Position numbers and translations under genes: made by a program | Shown: piece by piece, positions 47,921-59,237 of the stretch | Position numbering within the stretch: the stretch's first letter is position 1 | Layout: each line of letters starts with the position of its first letter | Source: an uncultured Gammaproteobacteria bacterium | GTDB lineage: Bacteria > Pseudomonadota > Gammaproteobacteria > GCA-001735895 | Reading direction: 5' to 3' | NCBI GenBank assembly: GCA_947259485.1 | Contig: CAMYLU010000001.1 | Coordinates: 140,281 to 204,280, forward strand | DNA length: 64,000 nucleotides | The notes under the pieces: model-generated | What the model saw: only the letters and a program-made list of their open reading frames with translations | Database searches by the model: none | Told to the model about the DNA's origin: nothing

Positions 47921-50095
47921 CTACTTGCGTGGTGGCAAACCGGTATGTTGTGTTAACAGGCTACCCTTTTTAACTCTTCCGGAACGGGCCTGGTAACTGT
48001 TTTTACGTCGCGGGCTGTGGTAACTGCCGGTATCGCGAGGCTGGTAGGTCGGGACCAGTTGATGCTTGCCGTTGCCGATCATTTCCTCCCTGCCCATATC
48101 CTTTAACGCTGCGCGCAGCATCGGCCAGTTGGCCGGGTCATGGTAGCGCAGAAAAGCCTTGTGCAGGCGTCGTTGTTTTTCTCCCTTGGCAGTGCCGACT
48201 TCCTCGCTATCGCGGCGGATTCGTTTTAGTGGATTCTTACCGCTGTGGTACATCGCGGTCGCGGTTGCCATCGGGGAGGGGTAAAAATTTTGTACCTGGT
48301 CCGCGCGAAAGCCGTTTTGCTTGAGCCAGAGAGCAAGGTTCAACATGTCTTCATCGGTGGTGCCGGGATGGGCGGCGATAAAGTAGGGGATAAGATACTG
48401 TTCCTTGCCCGCTTTTCTGGAGTACTTTTCAAACAGCGCCTTGAAGCGATCGTAGCTACCCATTCCCGGTTTCATCATCTTTGATAGTGGACCCTGCTCG
48501 GTGTGCTCCGGTGCAATTTTCAAATAACCGCCGACGTGATGGGTGACCAGCTCTTCGACGTATTTCGGCGACTCCACGGCGAGGTCATAGCGCAGCCCGG
48601 AACTGATCAAAACCTTTTTCACGCCATCGATGGCGCGTGCGCCACGGTAAAGTTCGATCAGCGCCGAATGATCGGTATTGAGATTTTCACAGATTCCCGG
48701 GTAGACGCAGGAGGGGCGACGGCAGGCTGTTTCGATCGCCTTTGACTTGCAGGCGATCCGGTACATGTTGGCGGTCGGCCCGCCGAGATCGGATACCACC
48801 CCGGTAAACCCCGGGACCTTGTCTCGGATGACTTCGATTTCACGCAGGATCGACTCCTGCGAGCGGTTCTGGATGATGCGACCCTCGTGTTCGGTAATCG
48901 AGCAAAAGGTACAGCCGCCGAAACAGCCACGCATGATATTGACCGAGAAGCGGATCATTTCGTAAGCGGGTATGCGCGCCTCGCCGTAAACCGGGTGTGG
49001 TACGCGCGCGTAATCGAAGCCGAATACGTAATCCATTTCTTCGGTACTGAGTGGAATGGGCGGCGGATTGAACCAGATCTTCTGCCCACCCTGGTTTTGC
49101 ACCAGTGCACGTGCATTGCCGGGATTGGTTTCGAGATGGAGCACGCGACTCGCATGCGCGTAAAGTACCGGGTCGCGACTGACATCGTTAAAAGAGGGCA
49201 GGCGCACCACGGTTTTAAAGCGCTGTTCGAGTTTCTGCTGCACGCGGGCAAGCTTACCCTCGAGTTTGACCTCGGCAGCGGGCGCCTGGTCATTGTTTGG
49301 GCTTGCATCGCAAACCGATTGATCGATGATTGCGTAAGGGTTTTTTGGATTTTCCACGCGCCCGGGTTTATCGACGTTGGTCGAATCGATCACGGTCCAG
49401 TCGGTCGGCAAGTCCTTGACGAAAAATGCGGTCCCGCGCACATCGGTGATTTGGTCCACGGTTTCGCCGTTGGCCAGGCGATGCGCAATCTCGACGATCG
49501 CACGCTCGGCATTGCCATAGAGCAGAATATCAGCCCTGGCATCGGCCAGGATAGAGCGCCTTACCTTGTCCTGCCAGTAATCGTAGTGCGCTATCCGCCG
49601 CAGCGAGGCTTCGATGCCGCCGATTACAATGGGCGTGTCGGTGAAGGCTTCGCGGCAGCGCTGTGCATAAACGATCGAGCAGCGATCGGGACGCTTGCCA
49701 CCGATATCGCCCGGCGAGTAAGCATCGTCGCTGCGAATTTTTCGATCCGCGGTATAGCGATTAATCATCGAATCCATGTTGCCCGCGGTCACGCCAAAAA
49801 ACAGGTTGGGCTTGCCGAGCGTTTTAAACGGTTCGGCGGAATGCCAGTCGGGCTGCGCGATAATACCAACCCGGTAACCCTGAGCTTCGAGCAGGCGCCC
49901 GATTACCGCCATGCCGAAACTCGGGTGATCGACGTAGGCATCGCCGGTGACGACAATAATGTCGCAACTATCCCAACCGAGCTGCTCCATTTCCGCCCGC
50001 GACATCGGTAAAAACGGCGCCGTACCAAAGCATTCCGCCCAGTACAGCGGGTAATGATTCAAGGGTCGGGGCTGGGAGCTCAGTTCGATTTGCAT
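47921..50095 (-). CDS. ygiQ: YgiQ family radical SAM protein (UPF0313)
   Basis: 724 aa. N-terminus [46 protein letters not shown]; radical SAM cluster motif [13 protein letters not shown]. Confidence 0.88.
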   Translation of the reverse strand: MQIELSSQPRPLNHYPLYWAECFGTAPFLPMSRAEMEQLGWDSCDIIVVTGDAYVDHPSFGMAVIGRLLEAQGYRVGIIAQPDWHSAEPFKTLGKPNLFFGVTAGNMDSMINRYTADRKIRSDDAYSPGDIGGKRPDRCSIVYAQRCREAFTDTPIVIGGIEASLRRIAHYDYWQDKVRRSILADARADILLYGNAERAIVEIAHRLANGETVDQITDVRGTAFFVKDLPTDWTVIDSTNVDKPGRVENPKNPYAIIDQSVCDASPNNDQAPAAEVKLEGKLARVQQKLEQRFKTVVRLPSFNDVSRDPVLYAHASRVLHLETNPGNARALVQNQGGQKIWFNPPPIPLSTEEMDYVFGFDYARVPHPVYGEARIPAYEMIRFSVNIMRGCFGGCTFCSITEHEGRIIQNRSQESILREIEVIRDKVPGFTGVVSDLGGPTANMYRIACKSKAIETACRRPSCVYPGICENLNTDHSALIELYRGARAIDGVKKVLISSGLRYDLAVESPKYVEELVTHHVGGYLKIAPEHTEQGPLSKMMKPGMGSYDRFKALFEKYSRKAGKEQYLIPYFIAAHPGTTDEDMLNLALWLKQNGFRADQVQNFYPSPMATATAMYHSGKNPLKRIRRDSEEVGTAKGEKQRRLHKAFLRYHDPANWPMLRAALKDMGREEMIGNGKHQLVPTYQPRDTGSYHSPRRKNSYQARSGRVKKGSLLTQHTGLPPRK

Positions 50096-50155
50096 GTTGG
50101 AATCCGGGTAGGGACGCGATTCTACCCGATCGGTGATTAAAATGTCGGCGCTTGA

Positions 50156-50899
50156 CTATATAAGCAGGTTAAATATCGCGAGGCATAAAAGTACCGCGAT
50201 TGCAGCACGACGAAAAACTTTTTCACTCGATTTGTGAAACCCGTGCGAACCCATCCAGGTGCCCAGTAGATAGGTTACTGCACCGGGTGCGGCGGCGATT
50301 ACATCATCGATACCGGTGGTGCCGCTGAGCACGGAAACCAGGGCGAAGCCGAGTACCGCAAAAAACGACCAGGAAATAATCAGGGTCCGCCCCTGGTGTT
50401 TATCATAAGGCCCGAGCAGGATAAATACGACCGCGACCAGTGCGATGTAGCTACCACCAAAAACGATACCGGCACAGACCCCGACAAAAATCAGCCAGTT
50501 GGTTGTCATTGGATGCCGGTAACGGAATCCCACCAGCATCATGACGCACACGGTTGCAATAATCAGCGCCATTGCGCGCTTCATCCACAGCGGATCAAGT
50601 TCGATCAGTAACCAGTGGCCGAGCGGCATAAATAGCAGGGTTGGAATCACCATCGACGCAGTTGCGCGCCAGTCGATTTCCCGGTAAACAACCTTGAACA
50701 GGTAGACGCTGGCAATAAAGTCCACCACCAGGATTTTCGACACAATGCTATAGGGCGTAAAAAACAGGGTTAGAATCGCGAGGATAAACGCGGGGCCACC
50801 AAAACCGGTGAATCCGCGGATCAATCCGGCGCCGAAGGCGACGATGGCTACAATTGCCATGCCCGGCTCGCCGCTTAAACTGATATTGAGAAAATCCAT
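50156..50899 (-). CDS. TauE/SafE family anion (sulfite-type) exporter permease
   Basis: 247 aa, about 8 TM helices, with GFTGFGGPAFILAIL near the N-terminus. Confidence 0.7.
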   Translation of the reverse strand: MDFLNISLSGEPGMAIVAIVAFGAGLIRGFTGFGGPAFILAILTLFFTPYSIVSKILVVDFIASVYLFKVVYREIDWRATASMVIPTLLFMPLGHWLLIELDPLWMKRAMALIIATVCVMMLVGFRYRHPMTTNWLIFVGVCAGIVFGGSYIALVAVVFILLGPYDKHQGRTLIISWSFFAVLGFALVSVLSGTTGIDDVIAAAPGAVTYLLGTWMGSHGFHKSSEKVFRRAAIAVLLCLAIFNLLI

Positions 50900-50937
50900 T
50901 TAATGTTTTTCGGGTAATACCAGATTCAACTGGGGTT

Positions 50938-51549
50938 TTATGGCTGGTTGCCTGGCGCTGATTCGGTATCCATTGCTTCACGTTGCAGGCGAACTTCGCT
51001 GGTGCGATAGACGCGAGCTATGAATCGAGCCCAGCGGCGCCGTATTTTGCGTTGTACCAGGAACGGGAAAAAGTCCAGCCAGTTGAGTGCGGTCACATCG
51101 CCGAGGCCATCGATTGCGACCAGTCGCGTCTTGCGCGTCGAAAATTTCTGTACCAGCAGGGCGCCGATGGTCATGTCATGATTGAATATGATCAGGTTTT
51201 GCAGAAACGAGTGTTTCAGTTCATCCAGGTAGGGTTCAAATTCCTCGATCAGACAACCCTGGGCGAGATACCAGTTCAGTGGCCTGGAAACCTCACCATC
51301 GTAGTTGCGAATCAGGTCGACAACGATACCCTGCCCGAGATTGGTCTCGCAGAGACCGTAAAACTTCGGGATATGTTTTTCATCCACGCCACCACGCTTT
51401 TTTAACCCGCGATAAAACTTGATCTCGCGTTTCGATTGCTTGTTGATTTCACCCATTGAAATCTTGATTGCCTTGCGCGGGTCGTCAGGGTGAACATAGC
51501 AAGCTCGTTCTTTTCCCCTGCCGATCGGGTCTTTGGTGATCTGCAGCAT
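50938..51549 (-). CDS. YrbL family protein (PhoP regulatory network protein, kinase-like fold)
   Basis: 203 aa. IGRGKERACYVHPDDPRKAIKI...REIKFYRGL resembles YrbL-family N-termini. Confidence 0.6.
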   Translation of the reverse strand: MLQITKDPIGRGKERACYVHPDDPRKAIKISMGEINKQSKREIKFYRGLKKRGGVDEKHIPKFYGLCETNLGQGIVVDLIRNYDGEVSRPLNWYLAQGCLIEEFEPYLDELKHSFLQNLIIFNHDMTIGALLVQKFSTRKTRLVAIDGLGDVTALNWLDFFPFLVQRKIRRRWARFIARVYRTSEVRLQREAMDTESAPGNQP

Positions 51550-51561
51550 GGATAAAAGGAT

Positions 51562-52344
51562 TTAATCCAGGATTTTGGCCAGAGTTTTCAGGATATCACC
51601 AAGAATAACACGAAGTTTGTCAGCCTTGTCATCGACATAATGCCACGGCGGCGCCTCGACCATGTAATTACATTGCGCCAGCTCCATCTGGATCGCATGA
51701 AATCCGTGCCTGGGTTCACCGTAATGCCGCGTGGTCCAGCCCCCCTTGAAGCGGCCATTCGCCACGGTGCGATATTCCGGGGCTCGAGTACAGGCGCTGC
51801 GAACCGCGGATTCGATCACCGCGTCACAGCTACTGCCGTTGTTGGTGCCGATATTAAGGTCGGGCAATTGCCCCTCGAATAAATAGGGTACGAGTGAGCG
51901 AATCGAATGGCAGTCGTAAAGTATTGCATAGCCATGTTTCTGGTGAATGCGCTCGAGTTGCTCTCGCAACGCATCGTGATAAGGCTGGTGATATAGCTGC
52001 TGGCGTTGATTTATCTCGTCCCTCGAAGGCGCCTGTCCGTCGAGGTAAATTTCATCACCGTCAAAGGTCGTAGTCGGGCACAGGCTGGTCGTGTTTTGCC
52101 CGGGATATAGCGACTCGTCGGCGGGGTCGCGATTTACATCGATGACGTAGCGATGTATCGACGTGCTGACGATGGTGGTATTGCCGAGTAAATCTGCATA
52201 GAGGCGGCCGATGTGCCAGTCGGTATCGGCCCTGGCCTGGCCATGGTGGTTAAGTCGGGCCAGGATTGAATCGGGTATTACGGTACCGCCGTGGGGCTGA
52301 GCGAGCAGTAACGGGCCGTCGCCCGGCTTGATATCAGGCTTCAT
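51562..52344 (-). CDS. hutG: N-formylglutamate deformylase
   Basis: 260 aa. PHGGTVIPD...NRDPAD pattern of N-formylglutamate amidohydrolases. ATGA overlap with hutH. Confidence 0.85.
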   Translation of the reverse strand: MKPDIKPGDGPLLLAQPHGGTVIPDSILARLNHHGQARADTDWHIGRLYADLLGNTTIVSTSIHRYVIDVNRDPADESLYPGQNTTSLCPTTTFDGDEIYLDGQAPSRDEINQRQQLYHQPYHDALREQLERIHQKHGYAILYDCHSIRSLVPYLFEGQLPDLNIGTNNGSSCDAVIESAVRSACTRAPEYRTVANGRFKGGWTTRHYGEPRHGFHAIQMELAQCNYMVEAPPWHYVDDKADKLRVILGDILKTLAKILD

Positions 52345-53888
52345 GGATCGAGCTGAGGGAGTAAACCGATTTCACCCAGTGAAGCAATGATGCTTCTATC
52401 CATAACCATTTGCTTAATTTCTGCGATGTCATCGGCCAGGTAGCGATCTTCTTCAAGCGCCGACACATGAGCGCGAACTTTTTTCATCACCTCGCGCAGG
52501 CGCACGCTGGTTTCGATTGGCGCTCGAAATTCCACCCCCTGGACACCGACCAGCAGCTCGATAGCAATAATATGGGCCAGGTTGTGGTTCATTTCAGCCA
52601 GCCGACGGGCGCCATGACAGGCCATGGAAACATGATCTTCCTGGTTGGCACTGGTCGGGGTTGAATCCAGCGAGCAGGGCATGGCGCGCTGCTTGTTTTC
52701 GGCCATTAATGCGGCCGAGGTGACTTCGGCGATCATGAATCCGGAATTGAGCCCGGGATCGGGCGAAAGAAACGCGGGCAGGCCAAAGTTTTGCGCCGGA
52801 TCCACGGTAATCGCGATGCGGCGCTCGGTGATCGAACCGATCTCGGCAATCGCGAGTGCGCATTGATCGGCGCCGAAAGCCACCGGTTCGGCGTGGAAAT
52901 TACCACCGGACAGGATCGACTCGTCTTCGACCACCACTATCGGATTGTCGGTTACCGCATTGGCTTCGATCTCGAGCATCTGTGCAACATGCCGAAACTG
53001 ATCGAGACAGGCGCCCATTACCTGTGGCTGACAACGAACGCTATAGGGGTCCTGTACGCGTTTGTCATCATCGCGGTGAGATTCCCTGATTTTGGATCCC
53101 TCGAGCAAAGCGCGCAGGCAAAGCGCGACATCGATCTGTCCCTGCAGACCTCTGAGTTCATGGATTTCCGGTCGAAAAGGGGCGGGTGAATTCATCAAGG
53201 CATCGGTCGAGAGCGCACCCGAGATCAGCGCAGTTTGCGCAAGACTCCAGGCGTCGAACAGGCCCGCGAGCGCGAGCGCGGTCGATACCTGGGTACCATT
53301 GATCATGCCAAGACCTTCTTTTGGCCCCAGCTTTAGTGGTTCCAGCTTTACCGCTTTAAGCGCGTCGGCAGCCGGCATGGTTTTTTCCTGGTAAACCACG
53401 AAACCTTCCCCAATTACCACTGCTGCCAGGTGCGCAAGCGGGGCCAGGTCCCCCGAAGCACCGACCGATCCTTGTCCTGGAATTACCGGAATTATGTCGA
53501 GTTGCAGAAAAGTCTGCAGGCGCAGGATAAGGTCCCAACGGACGCCCGAAGCGCCGCGGCCGAGCGATAACATTTTCAACGCTATGATCAGGCGCACAAC
53601 CTCTCGCGGTAACGGCTCGCCAACTCCGCAGCAGTGTGACAATACCAGGTTGCGCTGTAATCGCTCGGTTTTTGCAGACGCAATATGCGTGCTCGCGAGT
53701 TTGCCGAAACCGGTGTTGATACCGTAAACCGGTTTGTTCCCGCGGGCAGCGTCGGCAACAATTTTAGCAGCAGCATCGACCCGGGATTTGCAGGCATCGT
53801 CGAGGCGTACCGGTATGTCACTGCGGTAGATACGGCGCAAATCCGCAATGCGCGCTTTACCAGGAGTCAGTGTCAGTGCCTTGCTCAA
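52341..53888 (-). CDS. hutH: Histidine ammonia-lyase
   Basis: 515 aa. MIO-forming [15 protein letters not shown]. Confidence 0.95.
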   Translation of the reverse strand: MSKALTLTPGKARIADLRRIYRSDIPVRLDDACKSRVDAAAKIVADAARGNKPVYGINTGFGKLASTHIASAKTERLQRNLVLSHCCGVGEPLPREVVRLIIALKMLSLGRGASGVRWDLILRLQTFLQLDIIPVIPGQGSVGASGDLAPLAHLAAVVIGEGFVVYQEKTMPAADALKAVKLEPLKLGPKEGLGMINGTQVSTALALAGLFDAWSLAQTALISGALSTDALMNSPAPFRPEIHELRGLQGQIDVALCLRALLEGSKIRESHRDDDKRVQDPYSVRCQPQVMGACLDQFRHVAQMLEIEANAVTDNPIVVVEDESILSGGNFHAEPVAFGADQCALAIAEIGSITERRIAITVDPAQNFGLPAFLSPDPGLNSGFMIAEVTSAALMAENKQRAMPCSLDSTPTSANQEDHVSMACHGARRLAEMNHNLAHIIAIELLVGVQGVEFRAPIETSVRLREVMKKVRAHVSALEEDRYLADDIAEIKQMVMDRSIIASLGEIGLLPQLDP

Positions 53889-53899
53889 TTCAATCCCCT

Positions 53900-55264
53900 C
53901 TAGTTTGCCAACTGGTCCAGGGTGTTTCGATAATTACGCGCTATGGTATCTTCATCGACGTGATGACCATTGTCGATAACCTTGTTGCCGCCGATATAAA
54001 CATCGCGCACCAGGTTCGAATTACCGGAAAAAATCCAGCTATCGATCAAGTCGTCCCTGCTGCGTCCGTACAGACGAGGGTGCTCGTCATCCAGTACCAC
54101 GAAATCAGCCCGGTAACCTTCGGCGATACTGCCGATGTTACGTCCGCAGGCCTGGGCGCCACCGGCAAGCGCACCATCGAGCAGGTTGCGGCCGGTGTTT
54201 GCGTTAGCGTTAGATACCAGAACGTTACGACCATGGGTTTGCAAACGCATACCGTACTCCAGCCAACGCAACTCTTCTACCGGATCAATCGAAATGTGAC
54301 TGTCGGAACCGATGGCCCAACAACCTCGCTGCGCAAAATATTCGCGCGCATTGAAAAAGCCGTCACCTAGATTGGCTTCGGTGGTCGGGCACAGGCCGGC
54401 GACGCAACCGCTGCCTGCCATAGCTGCTGTTTCCTGATCATTAATATGGGTGGCATGGATTAGACACCATTTCCGGTCGACAGCAAAATTTTCAAACAAC
54501 CATTCGACCGGGCGCTTCCCGGACCAGTCCAGGCAGTCATCAACTTCTCTGGTCTGTTCGGCCACGTGCACGTGTATCGCGGCAAGATTCTCGAGTGAGG
54601 CAATAACTTCGGCTAACAGCTCCCGGTTAATCGCACGTAGCGAATGTGGCGCGATACCAACCGAGCAATTGGCATCGTTAGTAGTAGTTGATTGCAGGCT
54701 TTTGACAATCTCGATAAAACCATCGGCATCGTTGAGAAATCGCTTCTGGCTGTCGAGCGCTGCGGCGCTGTCAAAACCGCCGTATCGATAGAGCACCGGT
54801 AATGCGGTAAAACCGATACCAACCTGTGCTGCCGCTTGCAGGCATTGCAAACTCATTTCGGCAGGATTGTCGTAAACCTGGCCGTTCAGATCATGGTGCA
54901 GGTACTGGAATTCACCGACGCAGCTGTAGCCGGCTTTAAGCATTTCCAGGTAAAGTTGTGCCGCGATATGAAACAGGTTATCCGGCTGGATACGTTCCAG
55001 GTAGTGATACATCACCTTGCGCCAGGTCCAGAAGCATTCCCGGGTGTTGCCCGCGCGTTCCCCCAGTCCTGCCATGGCACGTTGATGCGCATGCGAATGT
55101 ACATTTGGAATAGCCGGGATCAATACTTCAACCCGGTCGCCATCCGTATAGGGCAGGTCGGGAGATATCGTTGCGATACTTCCCGTCGCATCAATCTTGA
55201 TTTCGACCGAGTCAGCCCAGCCGCTCGCCAGCAGCGCCGAGTTTGCCCAGATTTTGCCTGTCAT
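53900..55264 (-). CDS. hutF: Formimidoylglutamate deiminase
   Basis: 454 aa. Amidohydrolase motif [17 protein letters not shown]. In a hut cluster together with hutG, indicating the five-step pathway. Confidence 0.85.
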   Translation of the reverse strand: MTGKIWANSALLASGWADSVEIKIDATGSIATISPDLPYTDGDRVEVLIPAIPNVHSHAHQRAMAGLGERAGNTRECFWTWRKVMYHYLERIQPDNLFHIAAQLYLEMLKAGYSCVGEFQYLHHDLNGQVYDNPAEMSLQCLQAAAQVGIGFTALPVLYRYGGFDSAAALDSQKRFLNDADGFIEIVKSLQSTTTNDANCSVGIAPHSLRAINRELLAEVIASLENLAAIHVHVAEQTREVDDCLDWSGKRPVEWLFENFAVDRKWCLIHATHINDQETAAMAGSGCVAGLCPTTEANLGDGFFNAREYFAQRGCWAIGSDSHISIDPVEELRWLEYGMRLQTHGRNVLVSNANANTGRNLLDGALAGGAQACGRNIGSIAEGYRADFVVLDDEHPRLYGRSRDDLIDSWIFSGNSNLVRDVYIGGNKVIDNGHHVDEDTIARNYRNTLDQLAN

Positions 55265-55304
55265 AGGTCAACCTGCCTTGCAAAAGTGCAAAATTCAGCG
55301 TAAC

Positions 55305-55324
55305 ATACTTGTATATACAAGTAT
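55305..55324. promoter_or_regulatory. HutC operator, perfect 20-bp palindrome ATACTTGTATATACAAGTAT
   Basis: Read directly, centred in the 77-bp hutF/hutI divergent spacer. Its core GTATATAC fits the GT-n-TA-n-AC HutC/GntR half-site rule and resembles the CTTGTATAGACAAG-type hut operators of enterics and pseudomonads. Confidence 0.8.
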
Positions 55325-55341
55325 AGCGTACGATAACGTTA

Positions 55342-56562
55342 ATGTCTCAAACCTTGTTTACCAATGCAACCCTCGCCTGTATCGACGGTGATACCGGTTA
55401 TGGACTGCGTGATGACTTCTGGCTACTGGTCGAAGACGACAAAATTGCCTGGCTGGGGCCGATGGCAGAGTGCCCAACTGCGCCCGGTGCCGATATCGTC
55501 GACTGCCAGCAGCGCTTGATGACCCCGGGATTGATCGATTGTCACACCCACCTGGTTTACGGCGGCGACCGTGCCGATGAATTCGAACGCCGTCTCGAAG
55601 GTGCGAGTTATGCAGAAATCGCGGCGGCAGGCGGCGGAATCGTGTCAACCGTCAATGCAACGCGTGCTGCCAGCCCCGATCAATTATTCGAGCAGGCTTT
55701 ACCAAGATTAAAGCAGTTGATGGATGAGGGTGTCACCACCCTCGAAATTAAATCGGGCTATGGCCTCGACTGCGACAATGAAATCAAAATGCTGCGTGTT
55801 GCAGGGCAGCTCGAAACCGAGCTGGGATTGCGCATACAGAAGACTTTTCTCGGGGCGCATGCACTACCACCGGAATTTGAAGGCCGCAGTGACGACTATA
55901 TTGCGCTGGTGTGTGACGAAATGCTGCCGCGGGCGTATGCTGAAGGCCTGGTCGACGCTGTCGATGTGTTCATCGAATCAATCGCGTTCAGTGTTGCGCA
56001 AGGCGAGCGTGTACTGGCATGTGCGCAGGAACTGGGATTACCGGTTAAGGCGCATGTTGAACAGCTCAGCGACCTGGGTGGTGCCGTTATGGCCGCCGCG
56101 CGCGGTGCGCTCTCGGTCGATCATCTCGAGTATTTAAAAAGTGAAGATGTTGCGCGACTCGCACAGGCAAACAGCGTTGCGGTTCTGTTGCCGGGCGCCT
56201 TCTATTTTTTGCGTGAACAACAGCTGCCCCCGATCACCGCGATGCGCAAGCATGGCGTTTCGATCGCGCTGGCCAGCGATGCCAACCCGGGCAGTTCTCC
56301 GGTGCACTCGTTATTGCTGATTATGAACATGGCCTGCACCTTGTTTCACCTGACTCCGGCAGAAGCCTTGCGCGGAGTAACCCTGAATGCTGCCCGCGCG
56401 CTGGGTATGGCACCGGAGATCGGCTCACTCGAAACGGGCAAGCAGGCTGATATCGTGATCTGGGATGTAGAGCGTCCGTCACTGCTGAGTTATCGCGTCG
56501 GCATGAACCCCTGCCGTGCGGTAATGCAGGGTGGCAAGTGGCGCGGGCGAAGCGACGGGTGA
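55342..56562 (+). CDS. hutI: Imidazolonepropionase
   Basis: 406 aa. Metal motif GLIDCHTHLVYGG; conserved LEIKSGYGL. Confidence 0.93.
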   Translation: MSQTLFTNATLACIDGDTGYGLRDDFWLLVEDDKIAWLGPMAECPTAPGADIVDCQQRLMTPGLIDCHTHLVYGGDRADEFERRLEGASYAEIAAAGGGIVSTVNATRAASPDQLFEQALPRLKQLMDEGVTTLEIKSGYGLDCDNEIKMLRVAGQLETELGLRIQKTFLGAHALPPEFEGRSDDYIALVCDEMLPRAYAEGLVDAVDVFIESIAFSVAQGERVLACAQELGLPVKAHVEQLSDLGGAVMAAARGALSVDHLEYLKSEDVARLAQANSVAVLLPGAFYFLREQQLPPITAMRKHGVSIALASDANPGSSPVHSLLLIMNMACTLFHLTPAEALRGVTLNAARALGMAPEIGSLETGKQADIVIWDVERPSLLSYRVGMNPCRAVMQGGKWRGRSDG

Positions 56563-56566
56563 CAGA

Positions 56567-57328
56567 ATGAACGCGATTCTCGACAGTTTCGATGATATCA
56601 GCAAGGCTGCACCCGAGCCGATTTATCAGCAGATCAAGAAAACCATTCAGCGGCGTATCGAAAGCGGTGACTGGATTGCGGGCCAGAAATTGCCTTCCGA
56701 AAACGATCTTGTGGTCGCCCTCGACGTGAGCCGGATGACAATTAACCGGGCTCTGCGTGAACTGACCCAGCAGGGTTTGATCAAGCGTGTACACGGGCTG
56801 GGTTCGTTTGTCGCGGAAGCCCCCCGACACGCGAGCCTGATCGAGTTACAGGATATAGCGCTCGAAATTGAGCAGGATGGTAAGCACCACAGTTCGCAGG
56901 TGCTCAGTCTCGATACGGTCGTCGCGTCGCCGGAAATCGCTGCACAGTTAGAGCTGCCCGAGGGTAGCCAGGTCTATTACCTGCGCGCCGTGCACCTCCA
57001 GGATGGCTTGCCGATTCAGCTCGAATCACGCTACGTGAACCCGGCAGTAATGCCGGAGTTTATTGACCAGGACTTTACCGAACTTACCGCTACCGCCTAT
57101 TTGTTGCAGCAATTCAAACCCGACGAAATGGAGCATCGGGTACGCGCGGTGATGCCCGACCGGGCACAGCGTGAACTACTGGCGATGGAGGACGGGGAGC
57201 CCTGCCTGCAACTGACCCGGCACACCTGGAGCGACGACCAGGTTGTGACCTACGTGACCCTAACCTACCCGGGCAACCGCCACGAACTCGGTGCGCGCTA
57301 TGCCACTAATGAATACCAGCTGCGTTAG
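56567..57328 (+). CDS. hutC: Histidine utilization repressor (GntR/HutC family)
   Basis: Winged helix: [54 protein letters not shown]-type C-domain. The ATG at 56567 is preferred to the track start at 56531, which overlaps hutI. Confidence 0.9.
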   Translation: MNAILDSFDDISKAAPEPIYQQIKKTIQRRIESGDWIAGQKLPSENDLVVALDVSRMTINRALRELTQQGLIKRVHGLGSFVAEAPRHASLIELQDIALEIEQDGKHHSSQVLSLDTVVASPEIAAQLELPEGSQVYYLRAVHLQDGLPIQLESRYVNPAVMPEFIDQDFTELTATAYLLQQFKPDEMEHRVRAVMPDRAQRELLAMEDGEPCLQLTRHTWSDDQVVTYVTLTYPGNRHELGARYATNEYQLR

Positions 57329-57351
57329 CAGCCTTGCATGAGGATACTGAA

Positions 57352-59025
57352 ATGCCTTTAGATCGAACTGACAACAGCCGTAAAATCCGCGCGCCGCGTG
57401 GTAGCGAACTGAGCTGCAAGAGCTGGCTCACCGAGGCGCCTTACCGCATGATTCAGAATAATCTTGATGCGGAAGTCGCGGAGAAACCCGAGCAATTAAT
57501 CGTTTACGGTGGCATCGGTCGCGCTGCTCGTAACTGGGAGTGCTACGACAAAATTCTCGAGTGCCTGCGCGAACTCAATGACGATGAAAGCCTGCTGGTA
57601 CAGTCGGGCAAGCCGGTCGGTGTATTCAAGACGCATATCGACGCACCGCGCGTGTTAATCGCTAACTCCAACCTGGTCCCGCACTGGGCCAACTGGGAAC
57701 ATTTCAACGAACTCGATCGCAAGGGCCTGATGATGTTTGGCCAGATGACCGCGGGTTCGTGGATCTATATCGGCAGCCAGGGGATCGTTCAGGGAACCTA
57801 TGAAACTTTCGTCGAGGCCGGTCGCCAGCATTTCGAAGGCGACACCCAGGGCAAGTGGATCCTGACTTCGGGTCTCGGTGGCATGGGTGGCGCACAACCG
57901 CTTGCCGCGACCATGGCCGGTTACAGCATACTGTGTATCGAGTGTGAGGAGGCGCGTATTGATTTTCGTTTGCGCACGAAATATCTCGATAAAAAGGCCA
58001 ACTCTCTCGACGAGGCACTGCAGCTGATCGACGACGCCTGCGCCAGGGGCGAGGCCCTATCGGTGGGCTTACTCGGCAACGGCGGGGAAATTCTGCCCGA
58101 GCTGGTGAAGCGCGGTGTCAAACCCGATATCGTGACCGATCAGACGTCGGCACATGATCCGGTTAATGGTTACCTGCCAATCGGCTGGACCATGGAACAA
58201 TGGGCGCTGAAGCGTAATACCGACCCTGAGCTGGTCGCTGCAGAAGCGCGTAAATCGATGGCGGTCCACGTGCAGGCAATGCTCGATTTTCACGACCAGG
58301 GCATCGCAACGGTTGACTACGGTAACAATATCCGCCAGGAAGCTTTTGACCAGGGCATTAAAAATGCGTTTGATTTTCCGGGTTTTGTGCCGGCCTACAT
58401 ACGGCCCCTGTTTTGCAAAGGGATCGGTCCATTTCGCTGGGTCGCGCTTTCCGGTGACCCGGAAGATATCTACAAGACCGATGCCAGGGTTAAGGAACTG
58501 ATCCCGGACGATCCGCACCTGCACAACTGGCTCGACATGGCACAGAGCCGTATCAGTTTCCAGGGTTTGCCGGCGCGTATCTGCTGGGTCGGGCTAGGTG
58601 ATCGTGATCGCCTCGGTGTTGCGTTCAACGACATGGTCAGATCCGGTGAGCTGAAAGCCCCGGTTGTCATCGGCCGCGATCATCTCGATTCGGGCTCGGT
58701 GGCAAGTCCGAATCGTGAAACCGAGGCGATGTTGGACGGCTCCGACGCGGTTTCTGACTGGGCGCTGCTAAACCTGTTGTTGAGCACCTCGGGTGGGGCG
58801 ACCTGGGTTTCGTTTCATCACGGCGGTGGCGTCGGCATGGGCTATGCACAGCATGCGGGCCTGGTGATCTGCTGCGACGGTACCGATGCCGCCGAGGCGC
58901 GCATCAAGCGCGTGTTGTGGAACGATCCCGCCAGCGGGGTGATGCGGCATGCCGATGCCGGCTATGACATCGCCAAACAGTGCGCGCTTGAGCATGAGCT
59001 AAATCTCGGCGCTATCGAACTTTAG
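57352..59025 (+). CDS. hutU: Urocanate hydratase
   Basis: [27 protein letters not shown]...[18 protein letters not shown] ribosome-binding site 6 nt before the ATG at 57352; the track uses an upstream TTG at 57334. Confidence 0.95.
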   Translation: MPLDRTDNSRKIRAPRGSELSCKSWLTEAPYRMIQNNLDAEVAEKPEQLIVYGGIGRAARNWECYDKILECLRELNDDESLLVQSGKPVGVFKTHIDAPRVLIANSNLVPHWANWEHFNELDRKGLMMFGQMTAGSWIYIGSQGIVQGTYETFVEAGRQHFEGDTQGKWILTSGLGGMGGAQPLAATMAGYSILCIECEEARIDFRLRTKYLDKKANSLDEALQLIDDACARGEALSVGLLGNGGEILPELVKRGVKPDIVTDQTSAHDPVNGYLPIGWTMEQWALKRNTDPELVAAEARKSMAVHVQAMLDFHDQGIATVDYGNNIRQEAFDQGIKNAFDFPGFVPAYIRPLFCKGIGPFRWVALSGDPEDIYKTDARVKELIPDDPHLHNWLDMAQSRISFQGLPARICWVGLGDRDRLGVAFNDMVRSGELKAPVVIGRDHLDSGSVASPNRETEAMLDGSDAVSDWALLNLLLSTSGGATWVSFHHGGGVGMGYAQHAGLVICCDGTDAAEARIKRVLWNDPASGVMRHADAGYDIAKQCALEHELNLGAIEL

Positions 59026-59083
59026 ACCTATTCACACAACCGAAACAAAGACTGGAAATCTGAATTACCACTGACGCCTGGGC

Positions 59084-59214
59084 GCTAGTTCGCGGGGAAC
59101 CTCCACAAAAGTGTAGCGAGGCAGGATGCCGAGCTCCAAGCGATTCCATGGATGGACCAACCGGCGCTAGCGCCGGTTGGGAGCGTCTTTTGTGGAGGTT
59201 CCCCGCGAACTAGC
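59084..59214. repeat. 131-bp nested palindromic extragenic element between convergent hutU and tcdA
   Basis: Perfect 28-bp inverted arms: GCTAGTTCGCGGGGAACCTCCACAAAAG at 59084-59111 and its exact reverse complement at 59187-59214. They enclose a 75-bp core containing a second perfect 24-bp palindrome, CCAACCGGCGCTAGCGCCGGTTGG (59157-59180). Confidence 0.8.
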
Positions 59215-59237
59215 AGGCGAGAAGCATGTTGCCAGAA

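Noticed and set aside
48887-50011. 374-aa plus-strand ORF
   Set aside because: It lies entirely antisense to ygiQ, whose product has clear radical SAM motifs. The composition is Arg/Ala/Gly-rich and typical of a shadow ORF, and I recognise no motif.
59084-59214. Possible CRISPR repeat; GGTTCCCCGCG resembles part of type I-E repeats
   Set aside because: There are only two copies, they are in inverted rather than direct orientation, no spacer-repeat periodicity exists, and no cas genes are in the window.
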